64,000 nucleotides of DNA from Moniliella sp. 'wahieum' (lineage: Eukaryota), in the NCBI GenBank assembly GCA_003971905.1, contig RSEE01000125.1, forward strand, positions 1 to 64,000, in the 5' to 3' direction. A model generated the notes under the pieces. It was given only the letters and a program-made list of their open reading frames with translations. It had not been told where the DNA came from and ran no database searches. Shown piece after piece: positions 50,101 through 61,399 of the stretch. The stretch's first letter is position 1. The number at the start of each line of letters is the position of its first letter. The position numbers and the translations under genes were made by a program.

Positions 50101-52499
50101 CTCGTCCGACAGGGCTTCAATCACTTCAAAGTGCGACAGGTCAAACAGTACTGAGCCATTGGCTTGGAGTGCAACGCGTTGCGACTCGGCGGCCATAGTA
50201 AAGATGCGTCTGGCGCCGCTCGCATCGTCCTTGAGTCCTGAATCGGCATCGAGGTCCATCTCGAGACAGACGCGCGTAAACTGCTCGATGGAATGTTGGA
50301 TCCGGTCGCGCGCAGCAAAGTTGATTCCATCCCGTACCAACTCCATCTCCCGCATCACGATCCGGGCAAACTCGCGCAAAATGTGTCGTTGGCGCGGGGA
50401 GAAAGTTTCGCGCGGGTGGGGATCCAGGACACAAATCGTACCAATGTTGTGGCCATCCGACGTGCGCAGCGGTGCGCCAGCATAAAAGCGTACCAGTGGG
50501 CCAGTTTGCACTGCTGGGTTGCAACAAAACCGCCAATCGGCCAGCGCATCCAGCACCACCATCGGTTCGTCCGAGTCTTGCAGAATCGCATGCGCACAGA
50601 ACGAACGGTCGCGCGAATCAAACGGCATGGGAGCCGGAGCGCGCGGGTCGTGCATCCCCCCAGCGGCGGTACGAACACTGATGCCGTCCCGGGATACGAG
50701 CGCAATGATCACCGTCTGCACGCTGAGCGACAGTTTGGCCACATGCGCCATCCGATGAAAGTTGGGTGCATTGGCCCATTCGCCCGCGCTGCTCGGATCG
50801 CCATACCGATCCAGCGCCGCTGAGCGCGCCGCTTCGGTCGGTGGCAACGGTGCCAGCAGGTAGCCCAATTGAGCAAAGGAGCGTTCCATCATCTCCCCTT
50901 CGAACGGCAGCAAGAGCCTCGGGGGGGCCGCGGAGGGGTGCGCCAGCGGCCCGCCAGGCCGGCTGGTCGTGGGCAGGACAACCAAGTCCGAGTCTGGAGC
51001 GTCGTCCGAAATACAAAAGCATGCGAGGTGGCATGAAAGCCGGCACCCTGCGCGGCCTCTTTACCTGCGCCCGTTACCGAAACTGCATCAGCCAAACACT
51101 TTGCTTGCCACTCAAGTGCTCGCGCGGGTGGGAGACCCCATCTCGTTCCAGGGAAGTGCGCCGTGCCGCACGACGGAGGTGGTCCACCACCACGGCCGAG
51201 CCAGCTAGATCGCTCCGGGACGGAATCGAGGCCACCGACTCGTCCGACCCCGGATGGGACCTGGGGCTGCGGCTGGGGCTGGTCGGCCTAGCGGATCCAG
51301 GGACGCCCAAGAGCGAGGGCTGCGGGGCTGCGGGGGCTGCGTAAGTTGCAGCGGTGTAGGTTTCGGGCGGATGGGCGAGGAGGCATCTGGCGGGGCGGCG
51401 GCTGCAACCTGGTATCCAGCCCGACGCTGCCGCTGCCTGCCCCCGTGGGCCGGCACTGGCCGAGTGAGGCACCGTGTTGCTGGTCCCCTGGATAGGCGAG
51501 GATCGAAGAGCCTGGGTAGGGACCAGCGGCGCACTGCCGCCCTTGCCGCTCGTTCCCCGGCGTGGTAGTGCATCTTCTTTCTCGGTCGGGGCAAAGAGGA
51601 GAGGCTTGGGGTCAGGGAGGTAGGTGGAGACGTCCCTTTCGGGGGCAGGCGGACGTGAAAGTGTACTGGCCGATTCCGGGGTGTAATTCAGACTGAGGGG
51701 CACTGTGCAGTGTGGGTGTGAGTGGGTAAGTTAAGACCAGAAACGGATGAAAACCGACACACCAGCGGGCATGAGCAGAGGGGGGAAGAAAAGGAAAGGG
51801 GGGGGGGGGCAATACGTACGCGGATCTCCAGTGCGAGAAGAGGAAACGAGAGTGGTACGTTGGCCATCGTGGACGGAGGACAGGCCCGGGGGTCTTGGGG
51901 CGCGGTAGGGGTCCCATCGCCCGCGGACATAGGCGGCATGGAACGTAGTCCAATCGTACGCTCCCTCGTGGCACGTGAGCGCAGAGCGGGCAGCGGCGGG
52001 GGCGGGGTGGGGGAGGCGGCGCTGGGCGGGGAGTGGGGAACAGCTGCCACGGCTGATATGGCGAGCGGGGCGAGAGGAGTTGGATGGGGACACATGTCCT
52101 CTCCCTCGGGGGGAGGGGAGCGCCCTGGCCAATGGCGGGGAGGGAGGGCAGGTCATCGACGCTGTCCTCTTCGGACGGCTCGGGGTCGCTGGGGGTGTCC
52201 TGGCGCATAGCACTGGCCGAGGGGGCGGCGACACTGCTGCTGAAGCTGGAGCGGGAGCGGAAGCTTTCGGAGCGGTGGGCGGCGTGGTAGGGCAGGACCA
52301 GGACGGAGCTGGTGTTGAGGGGGGCGGGGGGCTGCGCTTGGGGTTGTGGCGGGGGCGGGGTGAAGGCGGCGAGGGAGGCGAGGGAGGTGCTGGATGCCGA
52401 GGGCGATGCGACCGAGGCGGGGGCGGGTACGGGTGCGGATGCGGATGCGAATGCGGATGTGCGGATGCGGATGCGGATAGGGATGCAGGGGCAGGTGCG

Positions 52500-52530
<31 letters not shown>

Positions 52531-52777
52531 GCGAGGGCGAGGGCGAAGGCGAGGGCGAGGGCGAAGACGAAGGCGAGGGCGAGTGGGGAGCCGACGCTGC
52601 AGCAGAGACAGAAGCAAAGGCGAGGGCCGAGGCGGCGCGGCTGGAGGCGGTGCTGCTGGCGTGGGCGGCGGCCGAGCGCCAGTCAGCAACGCAGGCGCCA
52701 GGGGCGGGCGTGGGCGGCTGGTAGAGGGGCGGCTGGGGCGGCTGGCGGCTGCTCTGTGCCTCCGGAGCGCCGGACAT
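47129..52777 (-). CDS. Hybrid sensor histidine kinase: GAF - HisKA - HATPase - receiver
   Basis: SFCAHAIL..DWRF..NP.V..VRFYAGAPL..G.NIGTICVLD (GAF); FISNMSHELRTPLHGIL (H-box); LMNLIGNSLKFT, DTGRGIS and GTGLGLSIV (ATPase); VLSVDDNQIN, FDLILMDLTMPVLDG and DGYMAKP (receiver). A terminal intron is followed by LSTLLQRMGL* (stop at 47129). Confidence 0.92.
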
Positions 52778-54132
52778 GGGATGGGGGGGCAGGCAGAGGC
52801 AGAGGACAGACAGAAGGCAGGCAAAGGACAGACAAACGGCAGACCCGCAGCAGCAAAGCGGGCGGTGGGGGCAGCGCAAGAAGCAAGCCACGCAACGCAA
52901 CGCACCCCAGCGTTAGCGGATGTGGGCGACGGGTGATGCACACGGGTGCTGCTTCACAGCTTCACCCTTGGAGCTTGCAGTTGACGCTTGACGCGGACGG
53001 GCCAAAGCACACGCACGGGCGAACTGGCTGGGTGAAAGTTGCAGGTCCCAGCCACGCCCGATCGATGGGTTGGGGGGGGATGGGGGGTGGTGGTGGTGGT
53101 GGTGGTGGCGATGGCGGTGGTGGCAGGAGCGGTGGTGGCAGGAGCGGTGGTGGCAGGAGCGGTGGTGGTGGTGGTGGCGTAGATGCTGGCTGGATGGAGG
53201 AGGCGTTAGGCGGTGCGATGAGCCTCATCCATCTGCATGGCTCCCATCCGACTGGAATCTGAGCTTTGGCGTGGCTGGGTGTGGGTAGGGTTAGATCGCC
53301 GCCCACCGCACCGCGGAGGCGTAGGGTTCAGACGCCCGGGGAGGCTGGCGCCGTGCGTGGGGTGCGTCGATGACGTCGTGTGCTGCCGCGGTGCGCGCTG
53401 GCGAGCAGGAGCTCGATGATCGGTACCGGGAACCCGCAGCCGGTAGCCATGGAATACTGACGCATGATGCATGATGAATGACGCACCAGCCATATCTCTG
53501 TCCTCCATTGCGTCATCGTCCGACGCACACTCCAGCCCCACCCGTCCGTCTCAGCGGCCTGCACCGCATGCCTCGCCCACCCTCTTCATCGTAGCAACCG
53601 TAGCCGAGCCCCCGCCCCCCTCGCGACGTCATCAGCACCCACAATCTGTCCCACTCGTCCGCTTTTTACTGCATCGCAAGCAGCAGGACGCGACCACTCT
53701 AACGCCGACGAGAAGACAGGAAGATGGAGCAAGAAAGATTCAATTGCCAGTGAAACATGTAACCGATGGGATACACACACACCCGCGCGCGCAACGCGTA
53801 GCAACCAGCCAGTGTACAAGTGGACTGGAAAGTCACTGCACTGGTGTATATACAAGACCTAAGGCCATCAAGCAACCTACCTCCTCGCTAGCGCACAGCC
53901 AAGCGCGCATTGGCTTAGGACACGCCACGCGCCTGACACCTTCACGTACCCCGCCACCTGCACCTTACGCTTCAACCTTCACCCTTCCAAGCCAATCCAC
54001 CACCGCGGCGCACCTGCTATCTGGGCCCTTGAAACTCATCTGACCATCTGACCGCCCGCAACACGCGTACCACGCCCGCCCATACGCGGGGAGGAGGAAG
54101 GAGGAGGGAGAAGGAGCACTTCTAATTTCATA

Positions 54133-55801
54133 TTACAGCTGATGACGGAGTGTAAGTCCCAGCAAGGCCGGCACTCGGTCCGGGCCGGTCCGGGACGGTA
54201 CGGCACGGTACACTACGCCACGGTACGCTACGCACTCGGAGGGACCGGCACGCCATCCGAAGTCAAGCCCGTGTCGGGCGCAGGGGAATGGTCGACCACA
54301 GCAGCGGCCGCAGCGGCGGCCGCGGCGGCCGCGGCGGCCATTTGCTCCGACGTGGGCGGGACAGAGGACGAGACGGCGCCGGGCTGGGCGGGGCGGGAGT
54401 CTGTGTGTCGGGCAAGTGGCCGTGGCCCGCGGGCGAGGCAAGGTGGCTAGCAGGACCGTACGAGTGCGCCGAACCAAACATCGACAGTGGCTGCGTCGGC
54501 GGAGGTGGCACACCCGTCGCGCCCGTGTACGGGTACGGGTAGTGCTGGCTCGACTGGACTGCCGGGGAGGCAGACGAGTGCATTTGGGCCTGTGCCTGAG
54601 CTTGGGCTTGAGCTTGCGCTTGGGCTTGGGCTTGTGCTTGAGCTTGAGCTTGAGCCTGGGCTTGCGCTTGAGCCTGGGCTTGCGCTTGAGCTTGGGCTTG
54701 GGCCTGAGCTTGGGCATGAGCTTGCGCCTGGGACTGCGTTTGCACGGCCGCCGCCTGTTCCGTGGGCGAAGCGAGGAGCACAATGCCATGCGCACGGAAC
54801 AACTTGACCAGCTCGGGGTACAGCCAGGTCTGCGCTTGGGCATGCGACACTAGACTGTGCATCTCAAGCGAGAGGCTTGCGTCGGGGACGAACGGCTGAC
54901 CGGCAGCAGCGGCAGCGGCAGACACGGCAGCAGCAGCCGCGGCCTCGGCAGCGGTACGAGACGATCGAAGCGAGCGAAAGTCGCCGTTGGTTTCATTGTC
55001 GCCCGAGCCGGCGCGAAAGGGGCGTTTGCGCCCGCCGCGCGGAAAGCCCTGGCGGGTAGAAAAGATATTGAGCACATGGCAGATATTGGCTGCAGTAGGT
55101 TCCAGACCAAAGAGCGGGTGGAAAAGCGGGGCGGACTGCAGGTCGCCCGGGTGCACCTTGCTCAACTGCTCTTCCAACCGCCTGTGGTGAGCGACAGCCG
55201 TGTTGTGTGTGACGAGACGAAGATGGCCCATGGCGATTTCCGCCTCGTCCAGCTTGGACAGGCACTTGGGGCACGGGCACAGTTTCTTGTGCAGGTCCGT
55301 GCGGCCTTGGTTGCGCGCCATGTCGCGTTTCATCGCCGACAAGCGCATCTCGCGCAGCACATGCGCCGTCTCGTCCGTGTCGCTGGTGGGGAAGGGGAGG
55401 GTGACGACAAAGGACGAGTCGGGGTCGGTGAGCGCGCCCGCGGGCAACACAGACATGTCGGCCGAGGTGGTGTCGGGGCCAGGCACGGGGGGGGCACGTC
55501 GGCCGGGGCAGCGGCCTCGGCGGGGGGGGGGACGGGGGCGGAGGCGGGGGCAGGGCAGGGACGGGCGGGTGGTCCGGGGCCGGGTCGGGGGGGGCGGGGC
55601 GTGGACGAGCTCCGGGGCAGAGACAGGCGCCGGGAGGGGCGCCGGGATGGAGGCCGGGAGGGAGGCGTGGGTGGGGGAGAGGTCCATCGTGGCAGCAGCC
55701 GAGGGCAACGCGTAGCCGGCAGGCAGGCTCTTGCTTGGGACGCGTCCGAGGGCCCAAGAGGTGGGTGTTGGGGAGCGAATGAAGGATTGCCGATTGTCCA
55801 T
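54133..55801 (-). CDS. Hypothetical protein with a CPCPKC motif and a long (QA)n tract; 3' end uncertain
   Basis: Long open frame starting MDNRQSF, a Pro-rich region, a globular-looking segment ([18 protein letters not shown]...[11 protein letters not shown]), poly-Ala and more than 20 QA repeats. Confidence 0.6.
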
Positions 55802-56699
55802 TTCAATTGGGGGGGGGCGGTGTGTAAAACTTTCCCGCCGCTTGAAAGTTTGTCGTCGCCTGCCCTGTGCGCCGGGCGCCGGCGACCGCAGGCGCCGCAC
55901 TGGCCCCGTGCCTGGCCGCACGCGTGCTGCGCCTGGCGCCCTGACACTCGCTCCGCGCGGGTGGGCCACGCACCGCAGGGACGCAGTGTGCGCGGGGGGC
56001 AGGACCACGCCGCACAGGGCAGTGGCCACGTGCAGAGCTTGGGCGTGCCTGCGCGCCGCGGCGCACGGCAGCGCTGTGGCGGGGGGGTTACCGCCGCGCT
56101 GACAAACGCACAGCCGCCCCGTCCCTGCCCGCCGCACGCCGCAGCAGCGCCCTCCTCCTCCTCGGCTGGGGGGGAGTGTGGCCGACACGCTTCCCAGCGC
56201 CTGGGCCTTGGGCCGAGCGCTGCTGAGCTCAGCCGAAGCGGCTTTACGTGGTCCCTCGTCCTCCGCACGCCCGCCCTCGGCACACTAACCCTAAACACCC
56301 CGTATCTCTTCTCTCGTCCTATAGCAGCACACCCAAGGCCAGGCAAACAGACACCCACTCGCTTACCCGTCTCTTCTTCCCCCGACCACACGTCAGATGA
56401 TACCGGCCTGCTCATCCGACGTGTGCTGCTTGCCGGCTGGACGTAGCACGCGTGTTGGATACGGGAATGAGCGAGGAAGACATCCGAGCGATGAGCCATC
56501 TCCATTGAGACGGATCCGTTATAATTCTTTCCAGTGTCCAACCATCTTGCTCGCAGTCTTGGTGGCATAGTACCCTCGCGTCTCGTCAGCGCCACAGTGG
56601 GAAGAAAGAGCCCTGGATGCGTCTATGGTACTTGGCGTTCTTGTCGCATGTTATTCCGCTTGCTCCACTGTAGTCGAAGCAGCTCCTTCTCCCTACATA

Positions 56700-57430
56700 T
56701 GACGTACTAGTCACTCTCATCCTGGAAAAAATCATAGCATCAACCGCAACACAGGTTCCAGGCTATGTCTATGGTTGATTCGCCAGGCCATTGTGGGTAG
56801 CCTTCTGTGTGGCTGTCGCACAGCTACCGGCCCCATCTTGCCTTCACCACGCCCCTTCTCTGTCGCTTCTTCGCCAATGACCCGTCTTCGGTTCACCGTC
56901 AAGCCGCATGGCACGCTCTTGGCTATGTTCAAGCCACGGTCGACATCGCCGTCTCACTCCCCGCGCACCCATCAGACCTGCCTCTCCTTCTACATTGTGA
57001 CGCAAGCTACGAGGCACCCGACCAGCGCAACACCACTAGTTTCGTTCTTTCCGTCTGACGTGTCCCATGCCTCTGGGAAATCCATCGGCAAACGCTCACC
57101 ACTTCCTCCACCACTGCTGCCGAGTACGTGACAGTCGCTGAAGGCTTACAGCATGCACACGGTACCTTCGCAACGTACTGGCCGAGTTCAATTGGGCTTC
57201 CAACGCTGAAGTTATGGACATGCGCTCAGACAGTCAGGGCGCCTGCGGCGACTCCGTCAAGGTTGGCTCCACTGGCCGGCTTCGTCACCTTGACTGGCGC
57301 TACTATTCTGTCCGCACCGAGTTCGCTCGCCGTCGTGCTGCCATCCAACACATCCATGGCTCTGACAATGCTGCCGATTTCTTTACCAACTATTAAAGGC
57401 TTTGCCTCGTGCCGATCTGACCTGAGCCCG
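56700..57430 (+). mobile_element. Ty1/Copia LTR-retrotransposon RT/RNase H remnant
   Basis: VGSLLWLS..RPHLAF, AWHALGYV, HCDASY, TSSTTAAEY, RSDSQGA, RHLDWRYY and HIHGSDNAADFFT appear in the standard Copia RT-RNase H order. Confidence 0.85.
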
Positions 57431-58439
57431 CGCGCTACTCAATCTCACACCATGATCTGGGATGCTTTGGATCAATGGGAAGCAACAGGTATTCCATGGC
57501 GACTTTTGTCGGAAGAAGACCCAAAGACGTCCCCAAGATTGGTTGGAGCGTCGGGATCGGATCAACGTGGCCACCATTTGATCACAAAGTTGACTGGTTC
57601 CTGATTTGTTCTAGACCCTGTTTTCCCCCTTTGATTATGCTCCCCTTCTTCCTCCTGTGACTTTGCTCGCATGTTCTCTTCTTCTCTGATGCATATATAC
57701 TTCGCCCTCTTTCCACTCGATGAATATGATCCTCATCCTTTCCCCCATCTCCGTCTCCTGTTCCCGGGGGGGAAGAAAAGCCCTCCCATTAACAGTAAAA
57801 CGCAAGTGGAAACACTTGCAAGTAGTAACGATCGAGCTGGGTGGTCCCTGTCTTGTGTCCTTTCCAAATATGATTGAGGAATGAAATCAAGGAGCAGTCT
57901 CCCATATGCGACCGCCACTAACAGACCACGAATTATAGACCTTGTGCGTACGATCTTAGAGGTCTTTGCCTTAATCCGATGACATCGAGTGAGTAGTGGG
58001 CCTTATTAATGATCGATCTTTTCTTTCATTCATACGGTGTAACCCATAATCAAAAAGCTGAAGAACTACCGAAACCGGAACTACCTTTCTGGGGGCACTA
58101 TGACTGGTGCAAGCGACCGCCTGACCCCGCAGTCGCGACTGAGGCCTGACTTTCAGAGAACCCGGTTATAACGTCATGCATTCTTCCCGATTACATATAT
58201 ATCGAGTATCGGGCTTCGTTTGCTTGCTCATTCGCCAGAAAAGTGCCACTCGTAATCAATAAGATGGCTAACTGTGTTATCGAGATACTACGGTGGGGAG
58301 TTTGGAGAGCACGGCTGGTGCCCACACTCTACTTTTCTACCAACAAGAAGAAGCCCAACTCCATGTATACGGCGTGCAAAATCGCAAGATATAGCCTTTC
58401 GTTGACAAGAGCACAGTGACTATAGTCTGGCATGACAAG

Positions 58440-60950
58440 TGGCTTAGTGAGGCCTGTGAGGCCCTGAGGCCCCTGAGGCCCTTGAGGCCGCCTGAGCCTG
58501 GTTTTGGTGGATACGCCAAAAGTGGGAGTGAGTGGTTGCTGTTGAGCCTGTGGTGATATATGATAGAGATTGCCCATTGGCAGGATTTGGCTACTGAGTC
58601 TCAATGGAAATGGTTCCTCGCTCGGATGTCAACCACGTTCATCCGTGTCCACACGCGCTACCTAGGGTACGGGACCGCAGATGACGACCATCACAGAAGG
58701 TCCTGATATCTTAGCGACTCCCCTGGTTCCTTAACCTTGGCCTTCCAAGTAACCCCCGCAAGATGAACGGTTCGGTTTAGATGTAGCGTTTCCCTAAACC
58801 GAACCGTTTCTCCTGTCCCCCTTAAGCTCGGTCAATGGCATGGATGCAGTATTATAGAGTGTGTCCTGGGGAGGATATAACGCACAGGTGCAGGGTGGCC
58901 GGTGAAGAGAATGATGATTCTGACAGGTCACGGATACGTGCTCTGTGACATACGATAGGTGTTCTGCATGCCATATGCCCAGCAAGTGTGGGTCACGCGA
59001 GCGTCAGTCGCCTTGCTAGTATAGTCGCTCTCGGTTCAAATTTATGGTACTGAGAGTACTGAGTGCCGGGTATACTCTGATCCGTGGTTCTACCGGGTCC
59101 TACTGGTCGAGATGATCGGATGATCCCTCAGCGTCTACTAAGTACTAATGCCTGTCTATAGAGCAGGATAGTGATTCTCGATTAACAATGCCAATTATCT
59201 ATTGGTAACTGTATAGCGATATCGAGTCGCTTTAGTCACAATGGTCACTATTGGTCACACATCAACGCGTCAGCTATGTATATGGGAGGATGCGGGTACA
59301 GACGAGTGCATTGCGACCATATCAAACTGTACGGAGAAGTTAAAAAAAACGAGAGCTCTGGGAGGCTTTCTAAATGGCCGAGGGGGCGTAACGCGTAACG
59401 TTACGAGAAGGGTGTGGGGAGGAGGACTTCCATCGATATCGAAAAGGCATAATGTGTGTGACTGTTGAGAGCCACGCTCTCACTTGCGAGTTTTTGAGAC
59501 GCTCGGAGGCTCGCCTGCCTCGCCAGTGACTAGTGACTTCTTCCATTCAAACTGAACACATGTATGTGTTGGGCCTCAGGCCTCATATGTCACACCAGCA
59601 CACAGAGATAATCCGGCAATTCTCCAGATGGATCGATAGCTTTTGCTAGCTACATGTGTAGATCGGGTGGGTTGCCACGCTGACAGACTGTCAGATTACA
59701 TGTTACACACACATTCAATATTCATCCCCTGGAACTTCACCGGTTCCCGGCTTCCCCGTCCGCAACCGATAGTATTGTGACTCTTTTTATCGCACCACGC
59801 CGACCCGAGCGACTCAGGGAATATGCTCTGCCATTATGCTGTATGCCACTTACGACCAGAAGCTAGTCACCTCTAAGATCTAATCATTTAATCTTCATGG
59901 ATTTTGGCACATGCGCACATCACCATGTCACAGGTAATATAGGACCCAGCCAGTGTTGGAGTGTGGTGGCATGTGACATGTGACACCACTTGATGTGATG
60001 GCTTTTGATAGATCGGCCATGTCGCTGGTAACCGGATCTGGCTATAGAGTTATCCGCGTCTCGCGCGCTCCAGATTGGTTACCGTCGCGCCTCGTTCCCC
60101 TCTTTCTTCTTCTCCGCGTTGTATTCAAAGTTGGAATAGCGTCAGGCCCAGGAGCTTACAAAAAGCTATCTCTGACTGTTCCCGCTCTGCACAGTGCAAT
60201 CGTCCGTATAGCTTTTGGTAGCGTAGCTACTTCTCACTGTTAAACGTTAACGACGACGGACAACCGCGGTTCTCGGCTCTCTCACCGTGCTCACCCATTG
60301 ATCGCGCGGTGTAGTGCTTTGCCCTGGCTCTCATTCTTTCGGCCAGGGAAGTAGTATCCGCTATCCGGTAGCATACAACACGATCTACACGAAGAACGAA
60401 CATGTAGCCCGTTTTCTATATTGTGGGCTCTCTGAGGCGCGACGGAGATGAAGTATCCACGTCACGCGTCAGGCGCGTCAGGCGCGTCAGGTGCCACGGG
60501 TGACATGGCAGTAACACACTCGCCTGAGGCCTGATCACGCGATCACGCGTCACTTGTTTCTAATTCTCCGACGTGCGCGTGTGCCTGATTGTTCCCAATG
60601 GTGTCAGGCTGTGACATGTGAGATCGGAGTCTCGTATATTTCTCCCATTTGCGCGGCTCTGTCTGCTACCCTCCCCCGTGCTATGGCCACGTTATATGTG
60701 AAACAGCATGATGTTGATACGTTGATAATCGGTCATCGATCATCGATCATCGATAACGTCAAAAACGTGGTAGTTGCGTATACAAGTGTCTGTCAGATGT
60801 GCTGGAGCCGTTCAAAAACGTTCGGTCCGCGGGGCCCAGTTTGCATCTCCACAGCCAGTTTTCTGCCATGCAGGCCTCACGCGCTCACGCCCACGAGAGG
60901 CATGGTCCAACGCATGCATCATCGATCTATTCATCATAATCATTAATCAT
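58440..60950. repeat. Second field of TNA+palindrome heptamer repeats, upstream of the OPT gene
   Basis: TGAGGCC variants (58448-58500), GTACTGA (~59048), TAACGCG (~59389), TGACTAG (~59527), TCAGGCC (~59576), TGACATG (~59974), TCACGCG (~60462, ~60535), TCATCGA x3 (~60733), TCATTAA (~60940). Confidence 0.85.
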
Positions 60951-61198
60951 TGCGACATCGTCCTTCCCCTTTATTAGTCGTGTGGCCAACCTCTGACAAC
61001 GGAGGAGGGGTATGCCCTGGCATGCCGGGCATGGTAGGCAGAGAGGCAAACTGGAGCGCACAGCTCGGCGAGCGCATCGTCATGAGTTTAGTTGGTTGAT
61101 TGGGAGTCTGGGCCCATATCGGGCAATGTGCTCTGTGTCCGGAAGCCGTCGGACTATGGACGACCCACAGTGAAGAGCCAGTCGAAAGCTAGATAGGC

Positions 61199-61200
<2 letters not shown>

Positions 61201-61236
<36 letters not shown>
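61201..61236. repeat. (GATT)9 microsatellite
   Basis: Perfect tetranucleotide array. Confidence 0.95.
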
Positions 61237-61238
<2 letters not shown>

Positions 61239-61399
61239 ATACCAACGGATTAATTGTGGATGCGCGTGGGGTCCGTTTTGCATGGGAAGCAGTAATTGAC
61301 GACATTCCGGAGTATAGCGCATCTTATATAACTTCAACCATGCCTCCCCTGGCACAGAGTTGCCCAAACAACCGCCTTCCATCTACTCACGCCCTTCTC

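Noticed and set aside
53280..53330. TAGGGTT motifs as interstitial telomere
   Set aside because: Only isolated single units are present, with no tandem TTAGGG array.
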